Shown: positions 8,957 through 17,214 of the stretch, piece after piece | Numbering within the stretch: the first letter of the stretch is position 1 | How the letters are laid out: every line of letters begins with the position of its first letter | Origin: an uncultured Lachnospiraceae bacterium | GTDB taxonomy: Bacteria; Bacillota; Clostridia; Lachnospirales; Lachnospiraceae | Direction: 5' to 3' | DNA: 60,575 nt | NCBI GenBank assembly: GCA_944376745.1 | Contig: CALWDR010000136.1 | Span: forward strand, 1 to 60,575 | Notes under the pieces: generated by a model | The model's input: only the letters and a program-made list of their open reading frames with translations | Database searches by the model: none | Told to the model about the DNA's origin: nothing | Translations under genes and position numbers: made by a program

Positions 8957-9526
8957 ATGAAAGTAAGAAAAGGAGTACCGGAGCACGGAAGAAGAGGAGT
9001 GCCAGAGTATGAGGAGAGAAAGGGATTGCTGGACTATGGGGCGCAGGTGCTGTGCATTTTCGGGTTTTCCACACTCTGCATGCTGATATTTACCGCCCTT
9101 TTTGGGGAGTCGGCCCGGGAGGTTTCCAGCTTTTTTGCTCTGGGGAGGGAGGGGATTCCCCTGGCGGTCCTGGGGGAATTTCTTCTGCTGGCGGTGATCA
9201 TCGTATTTCTGCAGTTTCTGTTTTTTACGGACTGCTGTTTTCGGAAAATGCCCGTGATCGGGCGCACGGTTCTGATGCTTCTGTCCATCCTGGCGGTGAT
9301 GAGCGGCTTTATCGCGGCCTTTGACTGGTTCCCGGTGCGCATGTGGCAGCCCTGGGTGATGTTTCTTCTCTGCTTTCTTTTGTGTTTCGGCGGGAGCCTG
9401 GGAATCAGTGTGGCAAAGACACGGCTGGAGAACCGCAGGCTCCAGGAGGGCCTGGAACGCCTGAGAGGACAGGAAGAGAGTGTCGGGAAAGCAGGCCCGC
9501 GGGAGCAGGAAGGGAGCGAAAAATGA
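8957..9526 (+). CDS. DUF3021-like membrane protein (usual LytTR partner)
   Basis: Four hydrophobic segments and its position directly after the LytTR gene. The N-terminal KGVPEHGRRGVPEYEERKG is an internal duplication. Confidence 0.65.
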   Translation: MKVRKGVPEHGRRGVPEYEERKGLLDYGAQVLCIFGFSTLCMLIFTALFGESAREVSSFFALGREGIPLAVLGEFLLLAVIIVFLQFLFFTDCCFRKMPVIGRTVLMLLSILAVMSGFIAAFDWFPVRMWQPWVMFLLCFLLCFGGSLGISVAKTRLENRRLQEGLERLRGQEESVGKAGPREQEGSEK

Positions 9527-10398
9527 GTGTTGAGCATATGCGGCAATCTGTGAATTGCATCGAGCTGTATCATGTGGAGAAATCCTTCGGGCGGCAGAGG
9601 GTATTGAAGGATGTCACCTGCTCCGTGGCCGCCGGGGAGATCTTCGGTCTGCTGGGCCCCTCCGGGGCCGGGAAGACCACGCTGGTCAAGATCCTCACAG
9701 GCCAGCTTTCGGCGGACCGGGGAGAGGCCAGACTTTTCGGGGTATCCTCCGGGAGGCTGAGCCGGAGAGAGTATGGCCGCATGGGTATGGTGATGGATGA
9801 GCTGGGGCTTTACGAGCGGTTAAGCTGTCGGGAGAATCTGCGGCTGTTCGCCAGAATCTACGGCATCTCCCACTCCAGGGGCGAGGAGCTTTTGAGAAGA
9901 GTGGACCTTGGGGATTTTGCCGGATTTCCGGTGAACCGTCTCTCCAAGGGGATGAAGCAGCGGCTGGCTCTGGCAAGAGCGCTGCTTACAGGACCAAGGC
10001 TGTTGTTCCTCGACGAGCCTACCAGCGGGCTCGACCCCTCCACGGCGGCAAAGATACACCGTCTGCTGCGGGAGGAACAGGAAAGGGGTGCCGCCATTTT
10101 TCTCACCACCCACAATATGGAGGAGGCCGCGAAGCTTTGCAATAACGTGGCTCTCCTGCACCAGGGGGAGATGGTGGAATACGGGCCGCCTGGGGAGATC
10201 TGCCGGCGTTACAACCATCAGAACGAGATCTTTCTGCGAAAGAAGGACGGGACGCTTCTGCGTCTGAAAAATGACGGCAGCGGGGCGGACCTCCTGCAGG
10301 CCTGCGCCAGGGAAAATCAGATTGAGAGCATTCATTCCACGGAGCCTGATCTGGAGACGGTGTTCATGGAATTGACGGGAAGGGGGTTACTGGCATGA
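9523..10398 (+). CDS. ABC transporter ATP-binding protein
   Basis: Walker A GPSGAGKTT, signature LSKGMKQRLALA and Walker B LLFLDEPTSGLD. ATGA start-stop overlap with the upstream gene. The ORF-track start at 9343 is rejected as an extension. Confidence 0.9.
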   Translation: MSVEHMRQSVNCIELYHVEKSFGRQRVLKDVTCSVAAGEIFGLLGPSGAGKTTLVKILTGQLSADRGEARLFGVSSGRLSRREYGRMGMVMDELGLYERLSCRENLRLFARIYGISHSRGEELLRRVDLGDFAGFPVNRLSKGMKQRLALARALLTGPRLLFLDEPTSGLDPSTAAKIHRLLREEQERGAAIFLTTHNMEEAAKLCNNVALLHQGEMVEYGPPGEICRRYNHQNEIFLRKKDGTLLRLKNDGSGADLLQACARENQIESIHSTEPDLETVFMELTGRGLLA

Positions 10399-11120
10399 GA
10401 GGAAAGCGCATGGATGGGCGGGAGCGTATCCTGACAGGCCGCCATATCCGGGCCGTTTATGGGAAACAGAGCCTGGATACGCTGCGGAACAAGGCCATTT
10501 TGCTGCAGTTTCTCATTTTCCCGCTGATGGCTCTGATCTTAGAGTACGGCGTGGAGATTCCGGGCATGGAGGAGCATTATTTCGTGCATCTTTTCGCGGT
10601 GATGTTCCTGGGGATGGCGCCCCTGACCGCCATGTCCGCTCTGCTGTCGGAGGAAAAGGAGACCCACACCCTGCGGATGCTGCACCTGGCGGGCGTCACC
10701 TCGGCGGAATACCTGCTGGGGGCCGGGGGAAGCCTTCTTACGATAAGCCTTCTGGGGGCGGTTTCCTTTGGGGCCATCGGCGGCTTTGGAGGCATGACGC
10801 TTTTGCGTTTCCTGGCGGCCATGACGGCGGGAATCTTCATATCCCTCCTTTTGGGAGGCGCCATCGGGCTCACCGCCAAAAATCAGTCCGCCGCCACCTC
10901 CGTGACGGTCCCTGTGATGATGATTTTTTCCTTCCTGCCCATGCTGGCCATGTTCAACGACGCTGTGGCTGCCGCCGCAAAGTTCACCTACACCGGTCAG
11001 ATTCACCGGTTTCTCTGCGGCGCGCAGGCGGGAGAAAGTCCCTGGATGTTCCCGGCGGTGCTTTTGGGCAACGCCCTGGCTGCCGCCCTGCTGTTTGCCT
11101 GGGCTTATCGGCACGCATGA
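10395..11120 (+). CDS. ABC-2 type transporter permease
   Basis: Six hydrophobic segments and an ATGA overlap with the ATPase gene. Confidence 0.7.
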   Translation: MRGKRMDGRERILTGRHIRAVYGKQSLDTLRNKAILLQFLIFPLMALILEYGVEIPGMEEHYFVHLFAVMFLGMAPLTAMSALLSEEKETHTLRMLHLAGVTSAEYLLGAGGSLLTISLLGAVSFGAIGGFGGMTLLRFLAAMTAGIFISLLLGGAIGLTAKNQSAATSVTVPVMMIFSFLPMLAMFNDAVAAAAKFTYTGQIHRFLCGAQAGESPWMFPAVLLGNALAAALLFAWAYRHA

Positions 11121-11130
11121 TACTTTCCAA

Positions 11131-11201
11131 GGGGTGGGGAAATTGTCAGCCAGGGCTACGTTCCAGACAAAGGCCGGAAATCTTGACAGTTTCCCCACCC
11201 C
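11131..11201 (+). terminator. Long imperfect hairpin (terminator candidate without a U-tract)
   Basis: GGGGTGGGGAAATTGTCAG (11131-11149) pairs with CTGACAGTTTCCCCACCCC (11183-11201) around a 33-nt loop. It starts 11 nt after the permease stop. Confidence 0.4.
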
Positions 11202-11340
11202 ATGAAAAGTAAGGAGCGCATAGAAAATTGTGCGGAAATCTGGCATTAGATATAGCAATTTGACGAAAAATGTACTATAATAGGAGACGAAAATCACAAT
11301 TTTGAAAATCCGGGGAGATTTTCCCTGGGGGAGGAAGAAA

Positions 11341-13557
11341 ATGAGTTCGTCTCAGGATACCACAGAAAAAAGAACGGGGAGCGAAACGGGGAAGCGGCAA
11401 AAAAGCCGTCCGGCGGGGCGCGCGTCAGCGCTGGGCTCGCTTCTGTATTTTCCGCTGCTGTTTGTCTACCTGGAAACCGTGTTTCATTTGTATATGGAGC
11501 TGAATATGAAGTACGCCCCGGTCTTTTTGGCCTTCGGCGCGGCGGCGGGACTGGTCTGCGCGCTGTTTGTCGGTGTGTGGCGGAGGCCTTTGAACCGCGT
11601 GCTGGCCTGGGTACTCAGCGTCCTTCTGTGCCTGCTTTTCTGTGTGGAGATGGTGTGTAAAACCGTCCTGGCTCAGTATTACCAGCTTTTGAGCGCGGCG
11701 GAGACGGCGGCGGGCAATCACCTGACCGACTATATGGACGCCATCACGGCGGGGATCGTGGATAATCTTCTGGGACTGTTTCTCATGCTGCTGCCCCTGG
11801 TGCTTCTGGGAGCCGCCGGGCCGCGGCTGTTCCGGTTTGAGACGAGGAGCTGGCGCGTGAACGTCCTGGTGGCCAGCTTTGCCGTTATCGTGCATTTGTT
11901 TGGCTTGCTTTTGCTGGAATTTCCCTGGAAGGGGGATATCGTGCCGGGGCAGCTTTATGCCACGGATACCCAGGTGGACGACCAGGTGGAGCAGCTTGGG
12001 CTGTTTACCATGCTGCGTCTGGATGTGAAGCATTCCCTGTTCGGGGTGTCCGGGGGCGTCATAGATGCCGGGAATTTTGAAGAGCTCCATGACGTTTTAA
12101 ACGGCGGCTCTGAGGCGCAGCCGCCCTCCGGCGCCCAGGGCGGACTGGGGAATCTGGGGCTTTCGGAGATCCCGGGCGGACCCGAAGGGGAAGAACCTTC
12201 CGGCGGACAGGGGACCGGGGAGGAACCGGAGGAGGAGCCGGTGGACACCTCTCCCAACGTGCTGGATGTGGATTTTGACGCCCTGATCGCCTCGGCGCCC
12301 AATGATGGAGTAAAATGGCTCCACCAGTATTTTCAGAGTACCACCCCCACCAACAAAAATGAGTATACCGGGATGTTTGAGGGTTACAACGTGATCTTTA
12401 TCACGGCGGAGGGCTTCACGGGCTATATGATCGATGAGGAGCTGACCCCCACGCTGTACAAGCTGAGCCACGAGGGCTTTGTGTTCAACAATTTTTACTC
12501 GCCCCTCCACTACACCAGCACCTCCGGCGGGGAATTCCGCAATCTCACCGGGCTGTACCCCAAGAGCGGGAATTATATCAGCATGAAGAAGGTGGGGACG
12601 GCGGGCCTGGATATGCATTTCTGCCTCGCCCAGCAGTTGAACCGCCTGGGTTACCGCTCCCTGGGGTTCCATGCCAACGGGAATATGTATGGCCGCCTGG
12701 CCTCCCACACCCAACTGGGCTATGAGTGGATCCAGAAGGGCACCGGATTTACCATGGAGACGGATGAGAGCGGCGCGGAGCTGTGGCCCCAGTCGGACCT
12801 GTATCTGATGGAGCAGACGGTGGACTCCTTCATCGGAGCGGAACAGCCCTTCAACGTGTATTATCTGACCATCAGCGGCCATATGCCCTACAATTTCTCG
12901 GGAAACAGGATGGCGGTCCGCAACCGTGAGGCGGTGGCGCATCTTCCCTACTCCGAGATCACCAAGTCATACGTCGCCGCCAATCTGGAGCTGGAGAAGG
13001 GGCTGACCTACCTTCTGGAGCGTCTGGAGGAGGCGGGGATCGCCGACAAGACCCTGCTGGTCCTGGCTCCCGACCACATTCCCTACGACGACCCGGATGT
13101 GATCGAGGAGCTGGCCGGGAAGACCTTTGGCGCCGGGGATGAGCTGGAGCAGATCAACGAGTCCGGCATTTCGGACTTTGACATTTACAAGAACACTCTG
13201 ATCGTCTGGTCCGCCAGCATGGAGGAGCCGGTGGTGGTGGACAAGGTGTGCGGCCAGGTGGACATCCTGCCCACGGTGTCCAACCTGCTGGGCCTTCCCT
13301 ACGATTCCCGGATGCTGGCGGGGACGGACGTGCTGTCGGACTCCTCGGCGGTGGTGATCTTCGCTTCCAGATGCTGGAAGACGGACAAGGGCTTTTACAA
13401 CCGCTATACGGAGACCTTCACCCCGGCGGCGGGCGTGTCCATGACCCCGGAGGAGCAGGCGGAGTACGTGGAGGCGGTGAAGCAGATCGTCCAGTATAAG
13501 CTCCAGGCCTCCCAGTGGGTGGTGGATTACGATTATTATCGGGTGGTGTTTGAGTGA
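11341..13557 (+). CDS. LTA synthase family protein (LtaS-like sulfatase-domain membrane protein)
   Basis: N-terminal TM block followed by a sulfatase domain (NVIFITAEGFTGY..TPTLYKL..GFVFNNFYSP..TISGHMPY..LAPDHIPY). GGGGGAGGAAG RBS precedes the ATG at 11341. Confidence 0.85.
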   Translation: MSSSQDTTEKRTGSETGKRQKSRPAGRASALGSLLYFPLLFVYLETVFHLYMELNMKYAPVFLAFGAAAGLVCALFVGVWRRPLNRVLAWVLSVLLCLLFCVEMVCKTVLAQYYQLLSAAETAAGNHLTDYMDAITAGIVDNLLGLFLMLLPLVLLGAAGPRLFRFETRSWRVNVLVASFAVIVHLFGLLLLEFPWKGDIVPGQLYATDTQVDDQVEQLGLFTMLRLDVKHSLFGVSGGVIDAGNFEELHDVLNGGSEAQPPSGAQGGLGNLGLSEIPGGPEGEEPSGGQGTGEEPEEEPVDTSPNVLDVDFDALIASAPNDGVKWLHQYFQSTTPTNKNEYTGMFEGYNVIFITAEGFTGYMIDEELTPTLYKLSHEGFVFNNFYSPLHYTSTSGGEFRNLTGLYPKSGNYISMKKVGTAGLDMHFCLAQQLNRLGYRSLGFHANGNMYGRLASHTQLGYEWIQKGTGFTMETDESGAELWPQSDLYLMEQTVDSFIGAEQPFNVYYLTISGHMPYNFSGNRMAVRNREAVAHLPYSEITKSYVAANLELEKGLTYLLERLEEAGIADKTLLVLAPDHIPYDDPDVIEELAGKTFGAGDELEQINESGISDFDIYKNTLIVWSASMEEPVVVDKVCGQVDILPTVSNLLGLPYDSRMLAGTDVLSDSSAVVIFASRCWKTDKGFYNRYTETFTPAAGVSMTPEEQAEYVEAVKQIVQYKLQASQWVVDYDYYRVVFE

Positions 13558-13571
13558 GAGAGGCACTTTAT

Positions 13572-13817
13572 ATGAAGCGTTTGGAGCCGGAAATCATTGA
13601 TTATTACGACAATGAAGTGATTGAAATGATAACTGAGAAATATGGATTCAGCCAGATGGATGCTCTGAAAGCATTTATAAGTTCCAAAACCCATGAAATG
13701 CTGGAAAATGAAGACTGTGGCATGACCGAGTTTGGGGCCGGGGCCATCTTTGAGATATGGGAGTGCGAAAGGGTAACCGGTGACCCAAGAAATTCGGTGT
13801 ATATAAGGGGGGAATAG
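13572..13817 (+). CDS. Hypothetical small protein (81 aa)
   Basis: The ORF has normal amino-acid composition and follows the LtaS-like gene. I recognise no family. Confidence 0.4.
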   Translation: MKRLEPEIIDYYDNEVIEMITEKYGFSQMDALKAFISSKTHEMLENEDCGMTEFGAGAIFEIWECERVTGDPRNSVYIRGE

Positions 13818-13958
13818 CAGAAGTCAAGCTGGCGAACACGTAAGGGGTCCCCGAAGTTAATTTTCATGAGGTGGGGAAATTTTGCCACTTTTCCTATCCT
13901 CTGAAAATATCACTTGAATGGTTACTTTTACGGGATGGGGGAATTGATAAAATGCTCA

Positions 13959-14139
13959 GCCTTTGTCAGGAATGCAGCCCTGGACAGCGATTTTGTTATA
14001 AGCAGACCATTGAAAGACGCCGGCACTTGGCGAACCGTCCGCTTGCGGGCGGCGAGCTTAGTACCGCTGCGTCTTTCGCTGAGCGGAAGCGTGTCTGCGA
14101 TAACAAAATCGCTGTCCAGGGCGTCCTCCTGACAAAACC
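13959..14139. repeat. About 180-bp imperfect palindromic (structured RNA or MITE-like) element
   Basis: The arms at 13959-14007 and 14091-14139 include a perfect 22-bp pairing, CCCTGGACAGCGATTTTGTTAT / ATAACAAAATCGCTGTCCAGGG. An inner GAAAGACGC/GCGTCTTTC stem and smaller hairpins are also present. Imperfect direct repeats flank it at 13884-13960 and 14151-14210. Confidence 0.75.
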
Positions 14140-14247
14140 GTCACTAGTTGTCACTTCCCTCATCCTCTGAAAAAATCACTCTAACGGGAATTTTCGATAA
14201 AATCGCAAAATACATATTCCGCTGCAAAGACGAGTGTGGTACAATGA

Positions 14248-14319
14248 TACATGATTATAGGGTTCGCGAAGCGGTTCCTATAATACATGATTATAGGGTT
14301 CGCGAAGCGGTTCCTATAA
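14248..14319 (+). repeat. Two identical tandem copies of a 36-bp element (TACATGATTATAGGGTTCGCGAAGCGGTTCCTATAA) in the promoter/5-prime UTR of the GTPase-NYN gene
   Basis: The two copies, 14248-14283 and 14284-14319, are identical. Each has nested symmetry: TTATAGG...CCTATAA around the palindrome TTCGCGAA. Each ends in TATAAT. Two related copies lie at 53104-53181. Confidence 0.9.
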
Positions 14320-14355
14320 TATATGGTATGCAGAACACAGGAAAGAGGTCCATGG

Positions 14356-17214
14356 ATGAGCAGTACACCTGAAAATACCACCCAAAACCATATTTGCATC
14401 GGTCTTCTCGCCCATGTGGACGCGGGCAAGACCACACTGGCGGAGAGCTTTCTGTATCTTGGCGGCAAGCTGAGAAGGCTGGGCCGGGTGGACCATCGGG
14501 ATGCTTTTCTGGACACCCATGAGCTGGAGCGTTCCCGTGGGATCACCATTTTCTCCAAGCAGGCCCGGTTTCCTCTGGGGGAGAAGCAGGTGACGCTTCT
14601 GGATACGCCGGGGCATGTGGATTTTTCCGCGGAGATGGAGCGCACCCTGCAGGTGCTGGACTACGCCGTTCTCATCATCAGCGGCGCGGACGGCGTTCAG
14701 AGCCATGTGGAGACCCTGTGGAAGCTTCTGGGGCGGTATCGGGTACCGGTATTTTTGTTTGTCAATAAAATGGACCAGGAGGGAACCGACCAGGAGGCGC
14801 TTCTTGCGGAGCTGAAGACCAGACTGTCCGAGAACTGTCTGGATTTTTCCTGCCTGCCGGGCCGGGAGGCGGAGGGGGCAGAGCAATTTTACGAGAGCCT
14901 CGCTCTCTGCGACGAGGAAGCCATGGACTTTTATCTCAGCCACGGCAGCGTTGCCGATGGCCAGATCATCCGGCTGGTCAGGGAACGGAAGGTGTTTCCC
15001 TGCTATTTTGGCTCCGCCTTAAAGCTCTGGGGAGTGGACAGCTTTCTGGAGGGCCTGTCCCGGTTTACGGTGTGCCCCGTCTACCCGGAGGCTTTTGGGG
15101 CTCGGGTATTTAAAATATCCAGAGACAGCCAGGGCAGCCGCCTGACCCATCTTAAGATCACCGGCGGAAGGCTGCGGGTCAAGTCCCTTCTCACCGGTCC
15201 GGCGGGACAGTGGGAGGAGAAGGTGGACCAGATCCGCCTGTATTCCGGGGACTCCTATGAGACCGTCCAGGAGGTCGGGGCCGGGTGCGTCTGCGCGGTG
15301 ACCGGCCTGACGGAGACCTTTGCCGGGGAGGGACTGGGGGAGGAGCGGTCCGTGAATCTGCCCATTCTGGAGCCGGTGCTCACCTACCGTCTCCTGGTGC
15401 CTGAGGACTGTAATCTTCATACCCTGCTCCTGCAGCTGCGTCAGTTGGAAGAGGAGGAGCCCCTGCTGCGTGTTCTGTGGCAGGAGGAGCCGGGCGAGAT
15501 CCATGTGCAGTTGATGGGAGAGGTCCAGACGGAGGTCCTAAAGACGCTGATCTGGGAGCGCTTCGGCGTAAAGGTGGAATTTGGCCAGGGCAGCATTGTC
15601 TACAAGGAGACCATTTTGGAGCCCGTGGAGGGCGTGGGGCATTTTGAGCCTCTGCGCCATTATGCGGAGGTGCATCTTCTGCTGGAGCCGGGGGAGCCGG
15701 GCAGTGGCCTGGTCTTTTCCACCGCCTGCAGCGAGGAACTGCTGGACCGAAACTGGCAGCGGCTGGTGCTGACCCATCTGGAGGAAAAGAAACACCGGGG
15801 CGTGCTCACCGGCTCGGAGATCATCGATATGAAGATCACGCTGATCGCGGGCCGGGCGCACCTGAAGCACACCGAGGGCGGCGATTTCCGTCAAGCCACC
15901 TACCGGGCCCTGCGCCAGGGCCTTAAGATGGGAAAATGCCGCCTGCTGGAGCCGGTGTACGCCTACCGGCTGGAGGTGCCCTCCGAGCAGGTGGGCCGGG
16001 CCATGGCAGACATTCAGAAAATGTCCGGGACTTTCTCCGCGCCGGAGCCACGGGGAGAGCTGTCTCTTCTTAAGGGAACGGCCCCGGTAGCTGGAATGCA
16101 GGGCTATCAGAGGGAGGTCATGGCCTACACCGGAGGCCGGGGACGCCTTGCCTGCACCTTCAAGGGCTATGAGCCCTGTCACCAGGAGGAGGCGGTCATC
16201 GCGGCCATCGGCTACGATTCGGAGCGGGATCTGGAGAATCCCACAGGGTCTGTGTTCTGCGCCCACGGGGCGGGCTTTGTGGTGGAGTACGACAAGGTGT
16301 ACGACTACATGCATCTGGAGGGCCTGCTGGCCGGGAAAAAGCAGGAGTCTGCTAAGGAAGCCCGGGGGCCTGAAAGAACGGTGGTAAGCAGCTATAACCC
16401 CGAGCTTCACGACGAGAAGGAACTGGAGGCCATTTTCCGGCGGACCTACGGGGAGGTGCGCAGGGAGCGCAGAAGCTGGGCCAGGACGGTTGCGCCCCGG
16501 GAAAGCTCCGGCGGCGGGCCGGGATATGGCAGGTCCGGCGGCGGGCCGGGAACCGGCAGAGCCAATGCCGGCGGCAGGTCCGGCGGCGGGCCGGAAACCG
16601 GCAGAGCCAATGCCGGCGGGCAGAAGGGCGTTTCGGCATATGGGCCCGGCGGCAGGAAAAAGCAGGCGTCCGGGGAAGAGTATCTCCTGGTGGACGGCTA
16701 CAACATTATTTTTGGATGGGAAGAGCTGAATGAGCTTGCACGGGCCAGCATGGAGGCTGCCCGGGGCAGGCTGATGGATATTTTGTGCAATTATCAGGGT
16801 TACCGGAAAAATGTGGTGATCCTGGTCTTTGACGCCTACAAGGTGGAGGGCAATCCCGGCAGCAGCCAGAGCTACCACAACATTCATGTGGTGTACACGA
16901 AGGAGGCGGAGACCGCCGACGCGTATATCGAGAAGGTCACCCATGAGATCGGGCGCAGGCACAATGTCACGGTGGCAACCTCCGATGCCTTAGAGCAGGT
17001 GATCATCCTGGGGCAGGGGGCACGGCGCATGTCCGCCCAGGGGCTGAAGGAGGAGATCGAGGCCGCCAATATTGAGATCCGAAGGGATTTGGCGAAGGCG
17101 CCCGCGGGCGACAAAAATTATCTGTTCGAGCACATGTCCGGGGATGCGGCCCGGGAGCTTGAAAACCTTCGGTTAGGCTTAAAACAGGCAGAGGTGAAGA
17201 AATGCAGAGGATGA
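14356..17214 (+). CDS. TetM/EF-G-like translational GTPase fused to a C-terminal Rae1/YacP-type NYN endoribonuclease domain
   Basis: G1 AHVDAGKTT, G2 RGITI, G3 DTPGH, G4 NKMD and G5 GSALK, plus EF-G-like domains II-V. After a Gly-rich repeat linker comes YLLVDGYNIIF..VVILVFDAY..TKEAETADAYIEK..VTVATSDALEQVIILGQGARRMSA, which is colinear with B. subtilis YacP/Rae1. Start chosen at ATG 14356, 8 nt after GGAAAGAGG. Confidence 0.85.
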   Translation: MSSTPENTTQNHICIGLLAHVDAGKTTLAESFLYLGGKLRRLGRVDHRDAFLDTHELERSRGITIFSKQARFPLGEKQVTLLDTPGHVDFSAEMERTLQVLDYAVLIISGADGVQSHVETLWKLLGRYRVPVFLFVNKMDQEGTDQEALLAELKTRLSENCLDFSCLPGREAEGAEQFYESLALCDEEAMDFYLSHGSVADGQIIRLVRERKVFPCYFGSALKLWGVDSFLEGLSRFTVCPVYPEAFGARVFKISRDSQGSRLTHLKITGGRLRVKSLLTGPAGQWEEKVDQIRLYSGDSYETVQEVGAGCVCAVTGLTETFAGEGLGEERSVNLPILEPVLTYRLLVPEDCNLHTLLLQLRQLEEEEPLLRVLWQEEPGEIHVQLMGEVQTEVLKTLIWERFGVKVEFGQGSIVYKETILEPVEGVGHFEPLRHYAEVHLLLEPGEPGSGLVFSTACSEELLDRNWQRLVLTHLEEKKHRGVLTGSEIIDMKITLIAGRAHLKHTEGGDFRQATYRALRQGLKMGKCRLLEPVYAYRLEVPSEQVGRAMADIQKMSGTFSAPEPRGELSLLKGTAPVAGMQGYQREVMAYTGGRGRLACTFKGYEPCHQEEAVIAAIGYDSERDLENPTGSVFCAHGAGFVVEYDKVYDYMHLEGLLAGKKQESAKEARGPERTVVSSYNPELHDEKELEAIFRRTYGEVRRERRSWARTVAPRESSGGGPGYGRSGGGPGTGRANAGGRSGGGPETGRANAGGQKGVSAYGPGGRKKQASGEEYLLVDGYNIIFGWEELNELARASMEAARGRLMDILCNYQGYRKNVVILVFDAYKVEGNPGSSQSYHNIHVVYTKEAETADAYIEKVTHEIGRRHNVTVATSDALEQVIILGQGARRMSAQGLKEEIEAANIEIRRDLAKAPAGDKNYLFEHMSGDAARELENLRLGLKQAEVKKCRG
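16507..16620 (+). repeat. In-frame 45-bp tandem repeat (2 copies plus a partial) in the GTPase-NYN interdomain linker
   Basis: Copies 16531-16575 and 16576-16620 encode RSGGGPGTGRANAGG / RSGGGPETGRANAGG. Confidence 0.85.

Noticed and set aside
9343-9522. N-terminal extensions suggested by the ORF track. Examples are 9343 for the ABC ATPase, 40209 for hprK, 41062 for the aminopeptidase, 21332 for the lipoprotein, 46952 for fba, 31720 for the TM1266-like gene and 14323 for the GTPase.
   Set aside because: The extensions overlap upstream genes or are Arg/Pro/Gly-rich without homology. An internal ATG preceded by a good Shine-Dalgarno sequence coincides with the conserved family N-terminus in each case.
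13871-14170. ORFs of 99 aa and 72 aa (13914-14132) inside the spacer upstream of the GTPase gene.
   Set aside because: They run through the long inverted repeat, so their sequence is dictated by the palindrome. They also have no RBS and no recognisable family.
14356-16400. Calling the GTPase a tetracycline-resistance ribosomal protection protein, tet(M)/tet(O)-like.
   Set aside because: The similarity is at the family level (translation-factor GTPase architecture). I cannot establish orthology to resistance determinants without a search. There is no conjugative-transposon context, and the C-terminal NYN fusion points to a different role.
15538-16962. Long minus-strand ORF (474 aa) antisense to the GTPase-NYN gene. 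Similar long antisense ORFs lie at 17118-18503, 29202-31436, 45364-46860, 4475-5437, 12097-12942 and 43211-44053, plus the + strand ORF 6229-7134 opposite the AraC gene.
   Set aside because: Each lies opposite a gene with clear family motifs. Their translations are low-complexity and rich in R/P/G/H/Q with no recognisable domains. This is the usual shadow-ORF effect in high-GC DNA.
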